Part shown: piece by piece, positions 54,238 through 64,000 of the stretch
How the letters are laid out: the number at the start of each line of letters is the position of its first letter
Numbering within the stretch: the first letter of the stretch is position 1
Made by a program: the position numbers and the translations under genes
NCBI GenBank assembly: GCA_039818605.1
Contig: JBCBTQ010000002.1
Span: 13,047-77,046, forward strand
Direction of reading: 5' to 3'
DNA from: Cyanobacteria bacterium J06639_14
Lineage (GTDB): Bacteria > Cyanobacteriota > Cyanobacteriia > Phormidesmidales > Phormidesmidaceae
Length of the DNA stretch: 64,000 bases
The notes under the pieces: model-generated
What the model was told of the DNA's origin: nothing
Databases searched by the model: none
The model's input: only the letters and a program-made list of their open reading frames with translations

Positions 54238-55215
54238 TTATTCATAACGTTCGTAAGCAGCGACAATGCGCTGCACTAAAGGATGGCGAACGACATCTGC
54301 CTTAGTCAGTTGGCAAAACGCAATCCCTTCAACATTGGCCAAAATTTTCTGCGCGGCTCCAAGCCCAGATTGCTGATGGCTGGGCAAATCAGTTTGGGTG
54401 ACATCTCCAGTCACCGCCATACGAGATTTGAAACCCAGTCGGGTCAATACCATTTTCATTTGGGCTGGGGTTGTATTTTGAGCTTCATCGAGAATCACGA
54501 AGGCATTATTTAAGGTGCGGCCTCGCATATAGGCTAGGGGTGCAATCTCGATAATGCCGCGCTCCATTAACCCAGGAATTTTTTCTGGATCTAAGAGTTC
54601 ATGTAGGGCATCGTAGAGTGGTCTGAGGTAAGGATTAACCTTTTGTTGTAGATCGCCCGGCAGAAAACCCAGCTTTTCCCCTGCCTCTACAGCAGGGCGG
54701 GTCAAAATCAGACGCTCATACTCATTATTGAGTAAGGCTTGCACCGCAACCATCGCCGCCAAGAATGTTTTGCCTGTCCCAGCAGGGCCAGCACAAAAAA
54801 CAAGATCATATTTGCGTAAGGCACTAATGTATTGTTTTTGGCGAAAGGTTTTAGCGCGAATAGTTTCGCCCCGTCGGGTACGGGCTACCGAGTCGCCATA
54901 AAGACTTTGCAGGTCTTCAACGCGCTGAGTATCAACAGCTTGAGACGCGGTCATAATATCTGCGGCGGTAATATTATGGCCTTGACTCCAGAGGGGCTCT
55001 AACGCTTTGACAAGCTGTTTAGATCGTTGAATCTGAGTATCGGTGCCAGAAAACAAAAGGGCTTGGCCCCGCAACGCGACCAAAGCCCCAGTTTTCTGTG
55101 CTATCAACTTAAGATTTTCGTCTTTGTGACCTGCGATCGCGATCGCGCTTTCAGCACTTGGCAGATCCAAGGTCACTGCATTTCCCATGGCAGCAGCATC
55201 AGAAAAAGCCATCAA
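54238..55215 (-). CDS. phoH: PhoH-family ATPase
   Basis: Walker A GPAGTGKTFLA, Walker B FVILDEAQN, PhoH-type C-terminus. Confidence 0.9.
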   Translation of the reverse strand: MMAFSDAAAMGNAVTLDLPSAESAIAIAGHKDENLKLIAQKTGALVALRGQALLFSGTDTQIQRSKQLVKALEPLWSQGHNITAADIMTASQAVDTQRVEDLQSLYGDSVARTRRGETIRAKTFRQKQYISALRKYDLVFCAGPAGTGKTFLAAMVAVQALLNNEYERLILTRPAVEAGEKLGFLPGDLQQKVNPYLRPLYDALHELLDPEKIPGLMERGIIEIAPLAYMRGRTLNNAFVILDEAQNTTPAQMKMVLTRLGFKSRMAVTGDVTQTDLPSHQQSGLGAAQKILANVEGIAFCQLTKADVVRHPLVQRIVAAYERYE

Positions 55216-55625
55216 TCCCCATTTGAGCGGCGGATCGGGCGGGGGGAACGGCGAGGTTTTGAAGCGGGCGATCGTGGCCTTCTATCGCGATCGCCGTCAT
55301 CTCGATCCAGAGCCGTATTCTCACCATAAACATTCATCCGCACTTGAATCTCTGATAAGCTGCCTACCGCCTCAACAACCTTGCGAATAGCCTGGATATT
55401 ACGGCCGCCACGACCAAAAACACGCCCACGATCCTCACCTTCAAAGGCAACTCGGATCAACATACGAGACCCGTGAGATAGCTTTTCACAGTCGATGCTG
55501 AGCGCTTCACGAGATTCCAAGAAGGGCTCAACTAAAAACCGGACGAGCGCTTCAAAGTCGGGCAAAGAGGAAGATTCTAAGGTAGAAGATGCGTCAGGAT
55601 TGGGCACGGAGTTGCTCGAAGACAT
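55212..55625 (-). CDS. KH-domain RNA-binding protein (UPF0109-like)
   Basis: Contains [30 protein letters not shown] (the GxxG KH motif) and is in the conserved position after rpsP. The start is uncertain: the track ORF extends to 55673, overlapping rpsP. Confidence 0.65.
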   Translation of the reverse strand: MSSSNSVPNPDASSTLESSSLPDFEALVRFLVEPFLESREALSIDCEKLSHGSRMLIRVAFEGEDRGRVFGRGGRNIQAIRKVVEAVGSLSEIQVRMNVYGENTALDRDDGDRDRRPRSPASKPRRSPRPIRRSNGD

Positions 55626-55848
55626 TCGCTTTCTCCAGAATGTGCTTGACAGTTTGAGTCGGTTGAGCGCCATCTTTGAGACGCTTCAAAATTGCAGGCA
55701 CTTCTAGACGGGTCTCATCCGTACGGGGATTGTAAAAGCCAAGCTCTTCAAGAGGACGACCATCACGGCGATCGCGACTATCCATTGCCACAATCCGATA
55801 GCTCACTTCCCGCTTCTTTCCGTAGCGCTTTAATCTCAGCTTAATCAT
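55594..55848 (-). CDS. rpsP: 30S ribosomal protein S16
   Basis: [41 protein letters not shown] is canonical S16. Start at the ATG at 55848. Confidence 0.9.
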   Translation of the reverse strand: MIKLRLKRYGKKREVSYRIVAMDSRDRRDGRPLEELGFYNPRTDETRLEVPAILKRLKDGAQPTQTVKHILEKANVFEQLRAQS

Positions 55849-56046
55849 AATCTCCGGCAACTAATCCTTTGGGCAGTAATGACTTAACTCGTTAGACACT
55901 AGTCTCATTGTGAGCCTTGGGAGTTCCACACATGACTGACCATAACCAGGCAGCAAACACATGCATGGAACAAACCACAGAGTCTATAAGCTTACCATAA
56001 AATCAAGGATTTGCGCATCCATTTTATCCTCAACCTTAGACCAGGT

Positions 56047-56178
56047 TTAGTCTTCATGCTCCTCAAACGGATCCGTTAGGGTTTTAGCTGGAGGGCCAAA
56101 AGCTGTGTACAAGGCGAATCCGGTCACGCCTAGCAAGACTGTACCGACGGAAATGATAAGAACTGTTGCAGGTTCCAT
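56047..56178 (-). CDS. psbN: Photosystem II protein PsbN
   Basis: Hand translation gives 43 aa: [43 protein letters not shown]. Divergent from psbH, as in cyanobacteria and plastids. Not in the ORF track. Confidence 0.9.
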   Translation of the reverse strand: MEPATVLIISVGTVLLGVTGFALYTAFGPPAKTLTDPFEEHED

Positions 56179-56253
56179 AGGATTTATGAGTGAATTGATT
56201 CCTTAAACCCTATAATATTACAGAATATTAAAGTGGTTTATGGCAGGTTAACC

Positions 56254-56457
56254 ATGGCACAACAGACTCGGTTGGGAAATCTCTTAAGGCCCCTCAACTC
56301 TGAGTACGGTAAAGTTACCCCAGGTTGGGGCACCACGCCACTCATGGGCGTTTTTATGCTTCTGTTCTTAGTCTTCCTTTTGATTATTCTTCAGCTTTAC
56401 AACTCTTCTTTGTTGCTTGAGAGTGTCGATGTGGATTGGACAAGCCTGGGTATCTAG
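56254..56457 (+). CDS. psbH: Photosystem II reaction-centre protein H
   Basis: [52 protein letters not shown]. Start at the ATG at 56254. Confidence 0.9.
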   Translation: MAQQTRLGNLLRPLNSEYGKVTPGWGTTPLMGVFMLLFLVFLLIILQLYNSSLLLESVDVDWTSLGI

Positions 56458-56480
56458 TCTGGGCTGAGTTTGAATGCTTT

Positions 56481-56531
56481 GGGCTGAGTCGGTATCGCCA
56501 ATTGTGCAGATATCGACTCAGCCCATTTGTT
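56481..56531 (+). terminator. Intrinsic terminator after psbH
   Basis: gggctgagtcggtatc...gatatcgactcagccc forms a long stem, followed by ATTTGTT. Confidence 0.65.
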
Positions 56532-56640
56532 ATGGCAATTGTCTATAGCGGCAATCTTTGGTGTCGTGCCACAGGTTAATGCGGTACTTTAGGCTGTAGA
56601 AGATCAATAATTTACGTAAGCGATCGCAGGAGAAGTCCCC

Positions 56641-57024
56641 ATGAACGTCTTTGGTATTGGCCTTCCTGAAATGGCCTTGATCTTTATTGTGGCGCTGCTG
56701 GTCTTTGGCCCGAAGAAGTTGCCTGAGATTGGGCGGAGCCTAGGCAAGGCAATTCGGGGCTTCCAAGATGCATCGAAGGAATTTGAGAACGAATTCAAGA
56801 AAGAAGCTGAGCGCATCGAAAAATCTGTGGCTCAGCCCATGAAAGCTTCTCTGGAAACCCCAGAGAACAAGGTGCTAGCACCCCAAACCGAAGCAACAAC
56901 TGCTGAAATGCCTGAAGCGGCTACCGATGCCGCTGCTGACACCGAGCAAACAGACGCATCGGCGGTATCAGACAAACCAGCTGAGGAAAACGCAGCTATC
57001 GAAGAACCCTCTAAAACTGCTTAG
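56641..57024 (+). CDS. tatA: Twin-arginine translocase subunit TatA/E
   Basis: MNVFGIGLPEMALIFIVALLVFGPKKLPEIGRSLGKAIRGFQ, followed by an acidic/Ala-rich tail. Confidence 0.9.
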   Translation: MNVFGIGLPEMALIFIVALLVFGPKKLPEIGRSLGKAIRGFQDASKEFENEFKKEAERIEKSVAQPMKASLETPENKVLAPQTEATTAEMPEAATDAAADTEQTDASAVSDKPAEENAAIEEPSKTA

Positions 57025-57076
57025 CCACAAAACTGCTTAGCCATAAAACTGTTGAGTCACAAAACCGTTTAGTCGG
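57013..57076 (+). repeat. Four tandem 16-bp repeats spanning the tatA stop codon
   Basis: The units are aaaactgcttagccac, aaaactgcttagccat, aaaactgttgagtcac and aaaaccgtttagtcgg. Confidence 0.85.
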
Positions 57077-57127
57077 CAGTTAATCAAGCGAGCGCAGCTA
57101 GTAGGGTATGGAGCCAAGGACTGAACC

Positions 57128-57760
57128 ATGACCCAGACCGATACGTCCCAGGCAACGCCACCACGCTATCCAAAACTGATTGTGGGGTTGGGTAATCCTG
57201 GCAATCAGTATGATCGAACGCGTCACAACGTGGGATTTGACGTGGTAGATCGATTGGCCTATCGCTGGCAGGGGACTTTGCCTGAACACAAACGATTCAA
57301 AGGCAAGTATGGCGAGATCAGAGTCGCGGGGCAGAAAATCGGTTTACTCAAGCCCTTGACCTTTATGAACCGTTCTGGTCAATCCGTGCGTGCGGTGGTG
57401 GATTGGTACAAACTGTCACCCAATGACGTGATGGTAGTTTACGACGACATGGATTTACCTGTGGGCAAATTACGGTTGCGCTTGGCTGGATCTGCCGGCG
57501 GACACAATGGCATGAAGTCGATCATTGCCCACATTGGCACCCAGGACTTTCCACGCTTGCGCTTGGGGATCGGAGCCACTGAAAAAGCAGGCGATCGCGA
57601 TGGTGCCGTCGTTTCCCATGTCTTGGGCCGCTTTGCCCCTGGGGAAGCTGAGCAAATCAAGGAAGTGGTTGAACTCTCTGCAGATGCCGTTGAACGTAGC
57701 CTCAAAGATGGTGTAGAGAAGGCAATGAGTCTCTTCAACGGGCGCACAGTGGCAATTTAA
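57128..57760 (+). CDS. pth: Peptidyl-tRNA hydrolase
   Basis: Contains LIVGLGNPGNQYDRTRHNVGF...MNRSGQSV...HNGMKSI. Confidence 0.9.
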   Translation: MTQTDTSQATPPRYPKLIVGLGNPGNQYDRTRHNVGFDVVDRLAYRWQGTLPEHKRFKGKYGEIRVAGQKIGLLKPLTFMNRSGQSVRAVVDWYKLSPNDVMVVYDDMDLPVGKLRLRLAGSAGGHNGMKSIIAHIGTQDFPRLRLGIGATEKAGDRDGAVVSHVLGRFAPGEAEQIKEVVELSADAVERSLKDGVEKAMSLFNGRTVAI

Positions 57761-57761
57761 T

Positions 57762-58634
57762 TTATCTGAGAAAAAACTGGAGCAACCCTTGGGCAGTGGC
57801 TTCCGGTTGTTCTTCGGGTAAAAAGTGCCCGCAGGGCAGGGAGAAGCCCTGGACGTTTGAGGCGCGATCGCGCCAGGTTTGTAGCACATCATAGTTGCGT
57901 TCCATTACGCCCTGATTTCCCCAAAGCACTAGCAACGGACACTGGATGCGTTGACTAATATCGGCTTCGTCATGGTCAAGATCGATTGAGGCGGCAGCGC
58001 GGTAATCTTCACAGGTAGCGTGAATAGTGGCGGGATCGCTAAAACAGCGGTTATAGGCTGCGATCGCAGCTTCTGAAAACGCACGGCTGTCAGCACTCCA
58101 ACGATCGAGTTTTGTGCGCAAGTAATAGGCTGGGTCATGGCCAATAAGGGTTTCAGGAAACGGTGCGGGTTGAATCAAGAAAAACCAATGTTCATAAGCC
58201 GTTGCCAGGGTTTGATTCAAGGTTTTCAAGATTGTCCGCGTGGGCACAATATCAAGCACTGCTGCTTTGGTCACCCGGTCAGGATGATCCAGCAGCAAGC
58301 GATGCAGGACACGCCCACCACGATCATGTCCTGCAGCCATGAACTCAGTGAACCCCAGCGTATTCATCACTTCAACTTGATCTTGAGCCGTTTTGCGTTT
58401 GCTGTAGGCACGATGGTCTGGCGTCGAGGGCGGCTTGGCACTATCTCCATAGCCCCGTAAATCGGTGCAGATTACCGTAAAGTGCTGGGCTAACGAGGGG
58501 GCAACCCGATGCCACATGACATAGGTTTGCGGATACCCATGAAGCAACAGCAGTGGCGGCCCACTCCCCCCAATTACGGCATGAATCGTAGTCTCACGGG
58601 TGTCGATCTGACGATGTTCAAAGGTCTCAAACAC
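57762..58634 (-). CDS. Alpha/beta hydrolase, haloacetate dehalogenase/epoxide hydrolase-like (Asp nucleophile)
   Basis: HGYPQTYVMWHRV and the nucleophile elbow GHDRGGRV. 290 aa. Confidence 0.8.
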   Translation of the reverse strand: MFETFEHRQIDTRETTIHAVIGGSGPPLLLLHGYPQTYVMWHRVAPSLAQHFTVICTDLRGYGDSAKPPSTPDHRAYSKRKTAQDQVEVMNTLGFTEFMAAGHDRGGRVLHRLLLDHPDRVTKAAVLDIVPTRTILKTLNQTLATAYEHWFFLIQPAPFPETLIGHDPAYYLRTKLDRWSADSRAFSEAAIAAYNRCFSDPATIHATCEDYRAAASIDLDHDEADISQRIQCPLLVLWGNQGVMERNYDVLQTWRDRASNVQGFSLPCGHFLPEEQPEATAQGLLQFFLR

Positions 58635-58722
58635 CTAAACCACCTCCGAGTTGAAAACTTGATTGGGGGCATAGGGCATTACGCCCCTACAGGGAAACTA
58701 TAAATCTGGAAGTGGCCAAGGT

Positions 58723-61377
58723 TTAATCTAGATTTTCGTTGACCGGGAAGCGATCGATCAGGTCACGGGCTTGCCGCGCCGCACTACGCAGCGCCTGTGG
58801 TAGATGGGGCACGTGGGGAATTTGAGACAAGAAATCTAACGTGCGTCGTAGCACTCGCACCACATCGCCTTCATCGAGACTTGTGTTGCTACAAAGCTCG
58901 GGCCAGTCGACTTGGAATGCCCATTGCTCAACCAACGAAACCAGCTCGTACTCCAGCCAGACAGGCATTGCAATTTGATGCCGCCGATGCTGTTTGAAAA
59001 TTTCTCGTCGCAAACTACGTAACCCTGCCAGGGCAAATTCAACCTCTGCAGACAGACGATAGCGCGTCCAGCTATCGGGCCGAGCGTTTTCGGTGACCAA
59101 AGCCGCGCAAGCCGCAGCCAGCTGGGGCGGTTCAAGTAAGTCAAATTCCCCAGAGGCCAGGGCTAAGCCCAACCACAATTCATTGTCACCTCGAATCGCA
59201 GCGGCCATCTTACCGAGTGGGGTAGGTTCTGTACTCTCTCTACCCTCTAAGCAGTGGAAGGATTCCAAAATAGTCATCAGCGCCAGAAATTCTTGCCAGT
59301 GCCGTTGAGACAAGGCATTGAGCTTGGCTTGGCGATCGCTCAGTTCTGACTCCATCCGCTGCAACGTCTTTTGGCGCTGGAGCAGGCTGCCAGGGCTTTC
59401 CCACTGCTGGGCTGGGTGATTAGCAATCAGATTCGTGATTGATTGCACCTGTGCTTGCTGATCTGCCACCTCTGGCGCCAGCTCCGCTAGATCGGGTACA
59501 GCAGGCATTTGGTCGACAATCACTTGGGTTTGGTCATTACCCTTACGGCTTTGTCCTGGTTTGAAAGGGAGTTCTGGGGGGAGCACGAGATCATCAACCT
59601 GCGCCATGCGAGGAAAATCAGCGTGGAGTTGCACCACATCTTTCACTGTGGCAACCAGCCAGCGATTTTTGATGCTGAGGCACACCAGGTAAGGGAATTG
59701 CCCAGCCCCAGGTACCTTGGTAACCAACATGGCCGGAAGGGGCTCAGCAACGCGGACGTTTTTGCCTTTGAGGCTTAGCAGTGACCCTGATATAGCAAAG
59801 GTCAGGGCCATGGCGATGTCACCAGAACGGGAGTCTTCAGCCTGCTGCTGCAAAATCTTGAGCAGGCGCTTTTCTTCTTTGAGTCGTTCTCGCTGCTTTT
59901 CATAGTCGGCCAGAACAGCTGGGTCAACTTCAACCAGTTGCTGCTTAATTCGATCGATTTTGTGAACTAGATCCACGATCGCATCTTGTTGTGGTGCCAG
60001 ATGCAGGGTGGCCAGATATTGTCCAAAACTGCGTTCGATCAGATCTTTGGCTTCATCCAGGGTATGGGTTTGCAACAGATTAAGTACCATCCCGTAGCTT
60101 GGCGTAAATTGGCTAACCAATGGGTCAGCTTCAGCAGTCGCCAAATATGCGGCTTCACTAGACCCTTCAAAGGGCGTTTCCACAACCACGACATAACCCT
60201 GATCATCCATGCCCCGCCGTCCAGCCCGCCCCGCCATCTGCAAAAATTCTGAGGCATTGAGTAATCGATGACCCCGGTCAGTCCGTTTCGACAGGCTAGA
60301 AATTACCGTAGTACGGGCGGGCATATTGATCCCCGCGGCTAGGGTTTCCGTAGCAAACACCACTTTAATCAAACCCATCTGGAAAAGTTCTTCTACCAAG
60401 CTTTTCCAAGTCGGTAAGATCCCCGCGTGGTGAGCGGCGATACCTCGATAAAGCGGTTCTACTTGATCAGCCCTAGCGGCTTCGGGGTTCCAGGCTAAAA
60501 AAGTATCAATCTTTTGCTTCAGCAGATCGCTCTCTTCAGGACTAACCAGAGAGATACCCCCCATGTCTTGGACTGCTTTATCACACCGCCGCCGACTAAA
60601 GATAAAGTAAATCGCGGGTAGCATGTCCTTGATTTGGAGCTGACCCACGACAGCATTAACGCTAACGCTGAGCTTCCCTTTGCGTCCTTTTTGACCCTGG
60701 GGTGGTAATCTTCGCTGCCTCAAACGGGGATTGAGTTTCTTCTGGGCATCGTCGAGCAAGGGAAACAAACCTTTGCTGTGGCAGTAGTTAAACTGCAACG
60801 GCACCGGGCGGAAGTCAGAATAAATGCGCTCGGTAGGGCCGTGGACTTTGGCAATCCAGTCGGTCAGCTGCTCACTGTTGGCGATGGTGGCCGATAACGC
60901 AGCGAGCTGCACACTGGGAGGACAGTAGATGATTGATTCTTCCCAGACGGTACCCCGCTGTCGATCATTCATATAGTGGCACTCGTCGAGGACAACCGCT
61001 TCAACCCCTTGCATCGAGGTGCCGACTTCACCAATGGGGGTGCCGTAGAGCATGTTGCGAAAAATCTCGGTGGTCATCACCAGAATTGGCGCATCACGAT
61101 TGATGGAGGTATCTCCAGTCAGCAAGCCCACGCGCTCAAACCCAAACTGGTTGCGGAAATCTCGCAATTTTTGATTCGAGAGGGCCTTGAGTGGGGTAGT
61201 GTAAAACACCCGCCGCTGGTTAGCTAGGGCGCGATGGATAGCATATTCACCAATCAGCGTCTTACCTGATCCGGTGGGGGCGCAAACCACGACCGATTTA
61301 CCCAGGTTCAAGGCCGCGATCGCCTGGTGTTGAAAGTCATCAAGGGGAAAAGGGAATAGCTGTTCTAGAGGCAGCAC
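58723..61377 (-). CDS. Ski2/HelY-like DEAD/DEAH-box superfamily 2 helicase
   Basis: Motif I APTGSGKT, motif II LDECHYM, SAT, and QMAGRAGRRG. Long C-terminal Ski2-type extension. Confidence 0.85.
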   Translation of the reverse strand: MLPLEQLFPFPLDDFQHQAIAALNLGKSVVVCAPTGSGKTLIGEYAIHRALANQRRVFYTTPLKALSNQKLRDFRNQFGFERVGLLTGDTSINRDAPILVMTTEIFRNMLYGTPIGEVGTSMQGVEAVVLDECHYMNDRQRGTVWEESIIYCPPSVQLAALSATIANSEQLTDWIAKVHGPTERIYSDFRPVPLQFNYCHSKGLFPLLDDAQKKLNPRLRQRRLPPQGQKGRKGKLSVSVNAVVGQLQIKDMLPAIYFIFSRRRCDKAVQDMGGISLVSPEESDLLKQKIDTFLAWNPEAARADQVEPLYRGIAAHHAGILPTWKSLVEELFQMGLIKVVFATETLAAGINMPARTTVISSLSKRTDRGHRLLNASEFLQMAGRAGRRGMDDQGYVVVVETPFEGSSEAAYLATAEADPLVSQFTPSYGMVLNLLQTHTLDEAKDLIERSFGQYLATLHLAPQQDAIVDLVHKIDRIKQQLVEVDPAVLADYEKQRERLKEEKRLLKILQQQAEDSRSGDIAMALTFAISGSLLSLKGKNVRVAEPLPAMLVTKVPGAGQFPYLVCLSIKNRWLVATVKDVVQLHADFPRMAQVDDLVLPPELPFKPGQSRKGNDQTQVIVDQMPAVPDLAELAPEVADQQAQVQSITNLIANHPAQQWESPGSLLQRQKTLQRMESELSDRQAKLNALSQRHWQEFLALMTILESFHCLEGRESTEPTPLGKMAAAIRGDNELWLGLALASGEFDLLEPPQLAAACAALVTENARPDSWTRYRLSAEVEFALAGLRSLRREIFKQHRRHQIAMPVWLEYELVSLVEQWAFQVDWPELCSNTSLDEGDVVRVLRRTLDFLSQIPHVPHLPQALRSAARQARDLIDRFPVNENLD

Positions 61378-61472
61378 AAAGATTTAGCCGTGAAGAAATT
61401 ACCTCTTATTGTGCCGGAAGATTCAAAGATGGGGGCTCTGGTCTAAACATGTTGACTGAAGTTCAAGCCAAA

Positions 61473-61501
61473 AGTCTCCTGATAGCAGCTATCAGGAGAC
61501 T
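61473..61501 (-). terminator. Intrinsic (bidirectional-looking) terminator after rpmA
   Basis: agtctcctgatagc/gctatcaggagact is a perfect stem flanked by an A-run and a T-run. Confidence 0.65.
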
Positions 61502-61568
61502 TTTTAATAAGTTCTATCTGCAAGTTCGATCAACGGCCTAAAGAGGCTGCAAAGAACCCTCTAACAGA

Positions 61569-61832
61569 TTAACTAGCAACAGCGGGATACACGCTAATTC
61601 GCTTACCGCTCTTACCACGACGCTCAAAAGTCACGATGCCATCAGCAGTTGCAAACAAGGTATCGTCTCCGCCACGACCCACGTTGACCCCAGGATGAAA
61701 CTTGGTGCCCCGTTGTCGAACCAAGATATTACCTGCTCGCACAGTTTGGCCACCATAACGCTTAACGCCTAATCGTTGGGCGTTTGAGTCGCGTCCGTTG
61801 CGTGTACTTCCGGTTCCTTTCTTGTGAGCCAT
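61569..61832 (-). CDS. rpmA: 50S ribosomal protein L27
   Basis: [29 protein letters not shown] is canonical L27. Confidence 0.95.
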   Translation of the reverse strand: MAHKKGTGSTRNGRDSNAQRLGVKRYGGQTVRAGNILVRQRGTKFHPGVNVGRGGDDTLFATADGIVTFERRGKSGKRISVYPAVAS

Positions 61833-61960
61833 TTTGCCCTCTTGCTACCTATGCTTAACTATCGAAATTTAAACTTAATATGGCAATTGTCTTTCTCAAG
61901 ACGTTACACGACTATCAACAGTTGTAGTTGGGTTGAGCTCAACCCAAACGATAGCAATCT

Positions 61961-62386
61961 TTAATCGTCTACAACTTCTGCACTAACGGTGGCAACCGCC
62001 TCTGGCTCGACTGGGTCTGATGCGACCTCGCTGGCTGCACTCGTGCTAGATTCACTCGCAAGCGTTTGACCATTGATAGCGATGGTATCAATCATAATTC
62101 GAGTGAGCTCTTGACGGTGGCCCTGCTTTTTACGCGTTTTTTTCTTGGGCTGCATCTTATAAACGATCACCTTACGCCCTCTCAAGTTACGCATGGCGGT
62201 TGCCGTCACGCTTGCATCTGATATAAAGGGTTGACCAATGGTCACGTCCCCTTCATGTTCAATCAGCAAGACCTTATCTAGGGTAACGCTGTCGTCTTCC
62301 TCAACGCCCAAGCGGTTGACATCGTAAAAACGTCCGGGTTCAACCCAGAGTTGTTTACCTCCGACTTCAACAATTGCGTAAGTCAT
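61961..62386 (-). CDS. rplU: 50S ribosomal protein L21
   Basis: MTYAIVEVGGKQLWVEPGRFYDV is canonical L21. Start at the ATG at 62386 inside track ORF 61961..62458. Confidence 0.9.
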   Translation of the reverse strand: MTYAIVEVGGKQLWVEPGRFYDVNRLGVEEDDSVTLDKVLLIEHEGDVTIGQPFISDASVTATAMRNLRGRKVIVYKMQPKKKTRKKQGHRQELTRIMIDTIAINGQTLASESSTSAASEVASDPVEPEAVATVSAEVVDD

Positions 62387-62576
62387 CCTTGAATATCCCT
62401 CCATGCCGTACAGGTAGCTCTCTGCATACACCAAAGGGGAGAAAGCATTTGAACACAACCTGATCCGAGCAAATAATGAACAGTCTCTAATTATGCTGTA
62501 GCTGTCTAACAGCCGTCAAGTCGTTATGGCTACCGACCTGTGAGAAGATGACCTGTGACCCATTGCTCAACTACCC

Positions 62577-64000
62577 ATGCAACCCATCGACTGGCTCATT
62601 GTGTTGGCCTATCTAGGACTGACCCTGATTTTGGGGTTATATCTGTCTCGCAAGGCGTCGAGCAGCTTGGTGGATTTTTTTGTCTCTGGGCGATCGCTGC
62701 CATGGTGGTTGGCAGGCACAAGTATGGCAGCGACTACTTTCTCCATTGATACCCCCCTCTATATTGCAGGGGTTGTGGGAACACGGGGGATCGCGGGCAA
62801 CTGGGAGTGGTGGAGCTTTGGTGTAGCCCATGTGGTGATGATTTATGTGTTTGCCAGACTATGGCGACGCTCAGAAATCGTCACTGACGCCGAACTGACA
62901 GAGCTCCGCTATGGTGGGCCGACAGCTGCAATATTGCGTGGGGTCAAGGCGTTTTTATTTGCTGTGCCAATTAACTGCATTGGTATTGGCTATGCCATGT
63001 TGGCCATGGTGAAGGTGATTGACGCATTGCAACTCTGGCAAAGTATTGGGATTGAACCCGGTGATGGCCTCAAACTCTGGAGCGTGATTGGCATTAGCGT
63101 GTTGGTACTGGTTTATGCCGGGTTCTCTGGTCTTTGGGGAGTTGTTGCAACAGACTTTTTTCAATTCTTTTTAGCGTTGGTGGGTGCTGTAGTGGTCTCG
63201 ATCGCAGCGGTAAACCACGTCGGGGGTATGGGGGAGTTAGTGCAGCAAGTCCAGCAAATGACTGACCAAGATGTGCTGTCTTTTGTCCCTATTTCAGTGG
63301 GGGGAGCGTCGGGCTGGGTGCGTTGGAGCGAAACAGCTGGCATCACCGCAAGTACCTTTTTAGCCTATATTTTTTTACAGTGGTGGGTTTTCCGACGCAG
63401 CGACGGTGGGGGTGAGTTCATCCAGCGCCTAGCTGCCGCCAAGGATGAAGGTGAAGCTGAAAAAGCTGCCTGGTTTTTCAATATTTTGCACTATGTCATT
63501 CGCACCTGGCCGTGGATTGTGGTGGCGCTCGTGGCGCTCGTGGTGTATCCCAATCTAGAAGATCGGGAACTGGGCTACCCGATGTTGATGCTCGACTTTT
63601 TACCGCCAGTTGTGCTGGGAATTGTGGTGGCCTCTCTGGTGGCAGCATTTATGAGTACCGTATCTACGCTGATTAACTGGGGAGCCTCTTACCTAACCAA
63701 CGATTTATACGGACGATTTATTCGTCCAGAGGCAACCCAAGTTGAATTGGTCACCGCTGGGCGGATCGCGTCGGTCTTGGTAACGATATTAGGGGCGATC
63801 GCGGCTTTCTTTTCGACCAATGTCACTGATGTATTTCGCTTGGTCATCGCCATCGGCACTGGCCCAGGCTTAGTGCTAATTTTGCGGTGGTTTTGGTGGC
63901 GCATCAACGCTGCCGCAGAACTCGCATCGATGGTGGGAGGTTTTCTGATTGGGCTTTTCACCAGCGTCGTGCCACTGCTAACGATCTCCGAATTTGGCCC
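62577..64000 (+). CDS. Sodium:solute symporter family transporter (3' end beyond window)
   Basis: Hand translation from the ATG at 62577: MQPIDWLIVLAYLGLTLILGLYLSRKASSSLVDFFVSGRSLPWWLAGTSMAATTFSIDTPLY... It stays open to the window end. Not listed in the ORF track (no stop in the window). Confidence 0.8.
   Translation, partial: MQPIDWLIVLAYLGLTLILGLYLSRKASSSLVDFFVSGRSLPWWLAGTSMAATTFSIDTPLYIAGVVGTRGIAGNWEWWSFGVAHVVMIYVFARLWRRSEIVTDAELTELRYGGPTAAILRGVKAFLFAVPINCIGIGYAMLAMVKVIDALQLWQSIGIEPGDGLKLWSVIGISVLVLVYAGFSGLWGVVATDFFQFFLALVGAVVVSIAAVNHVGGMGELVQQVQQMTDQDVLSFVPISVGGASGWVRWSETAGITASTFLAYIFLQWWVFRRSDGGGEFIQRLAAAKDEGEAEKAAWFFNILHYVIRTWPWIVVALVALVVYPNLEDRELGYPMLMLDFLPPVVLGIVVASLVAAFMSTVSTLINWGASYLTNDLYGRFIRPEATQVELVTAGRIASVLVTILGAIAAFFSTNVTDVFRLVIAIGTGPGLVLILRWFWWRINAAAELASMVGGFLIGLFTSVVPLLTISEFG

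Overview
This is a 64-kb segment of a cyanobacterial chromosome: the HIP1 octamer GCGATCGC is frequent, and psbN/psbH, an hli gene and a tRNA-Tyr/tRNA-Thr pair are present. It has three parts. (1) 1-19.0 kb is chromosomal. It carries an SmtB/ArsR-type metal sensor, a 47-aa HLIP (below the ORF-track cutoff), an IS110-family insertion and a Uma2 nuclease. It also carries a His-rich CPC-type P1B heavy-metal ATPase preceded by three tandem 12-bp repeats, and class I ribonucleotide reductase nrdA/nrdB. A cobalamin riboswitch then heads an ~8-kb same-strand array: metE, two paralogous unknowns, DUF1636, cobW, cbiM, cbiN, an unknown membrane gene, cbiQ, cbiO. (2) About 19.0-53.7 kb is an integrated conjugative, plasmid-like element abutting tRNA-Thr. 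Its modules are a tyrosine integrase, a CI(S24)/Ner-type switch, an excisionase, a primase-helicase Rep with an iteron array, and a ParA/RHH partition pair. A ~22-kb leftward operon encodes a VirB-like T4SS, a coupling protein, an M23 hydrolase and a 2476-aa polyvalent protein (N6A-MTase + strawberry-notch helicase + MutS-domain-I-like + DUF3991/Toprim). The best candidate for a new system is the element's AT-rich cargo island (43.4-47.5 kb). It is a 3-gene operon of a ComEC-like metallo-beta-lactamase, a single-chain E2-E1-JAB (Cap2+Cap3-like) enzyme and a 4-TM protein, with no CD-NTase and no ubiquitin-like gene. The second notable item is a 171-codon ORF carrying the local codon-usage signal, embedded out of frame in the linker of the polyvalent gene. 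(3) 53.7-64 kb is housekeeping: phoH, a KH-domain protein, rpsP, psbN/psbH, tatA, pth, an Asp-nucleophile alpha/beta hydrolase, a Ski2-like helicase, rpmA/rplU and a partial Na+/solute symporter. No CRISPR array or rRNA was seen. All calls rest on reading motifs by eye; no database search was run.
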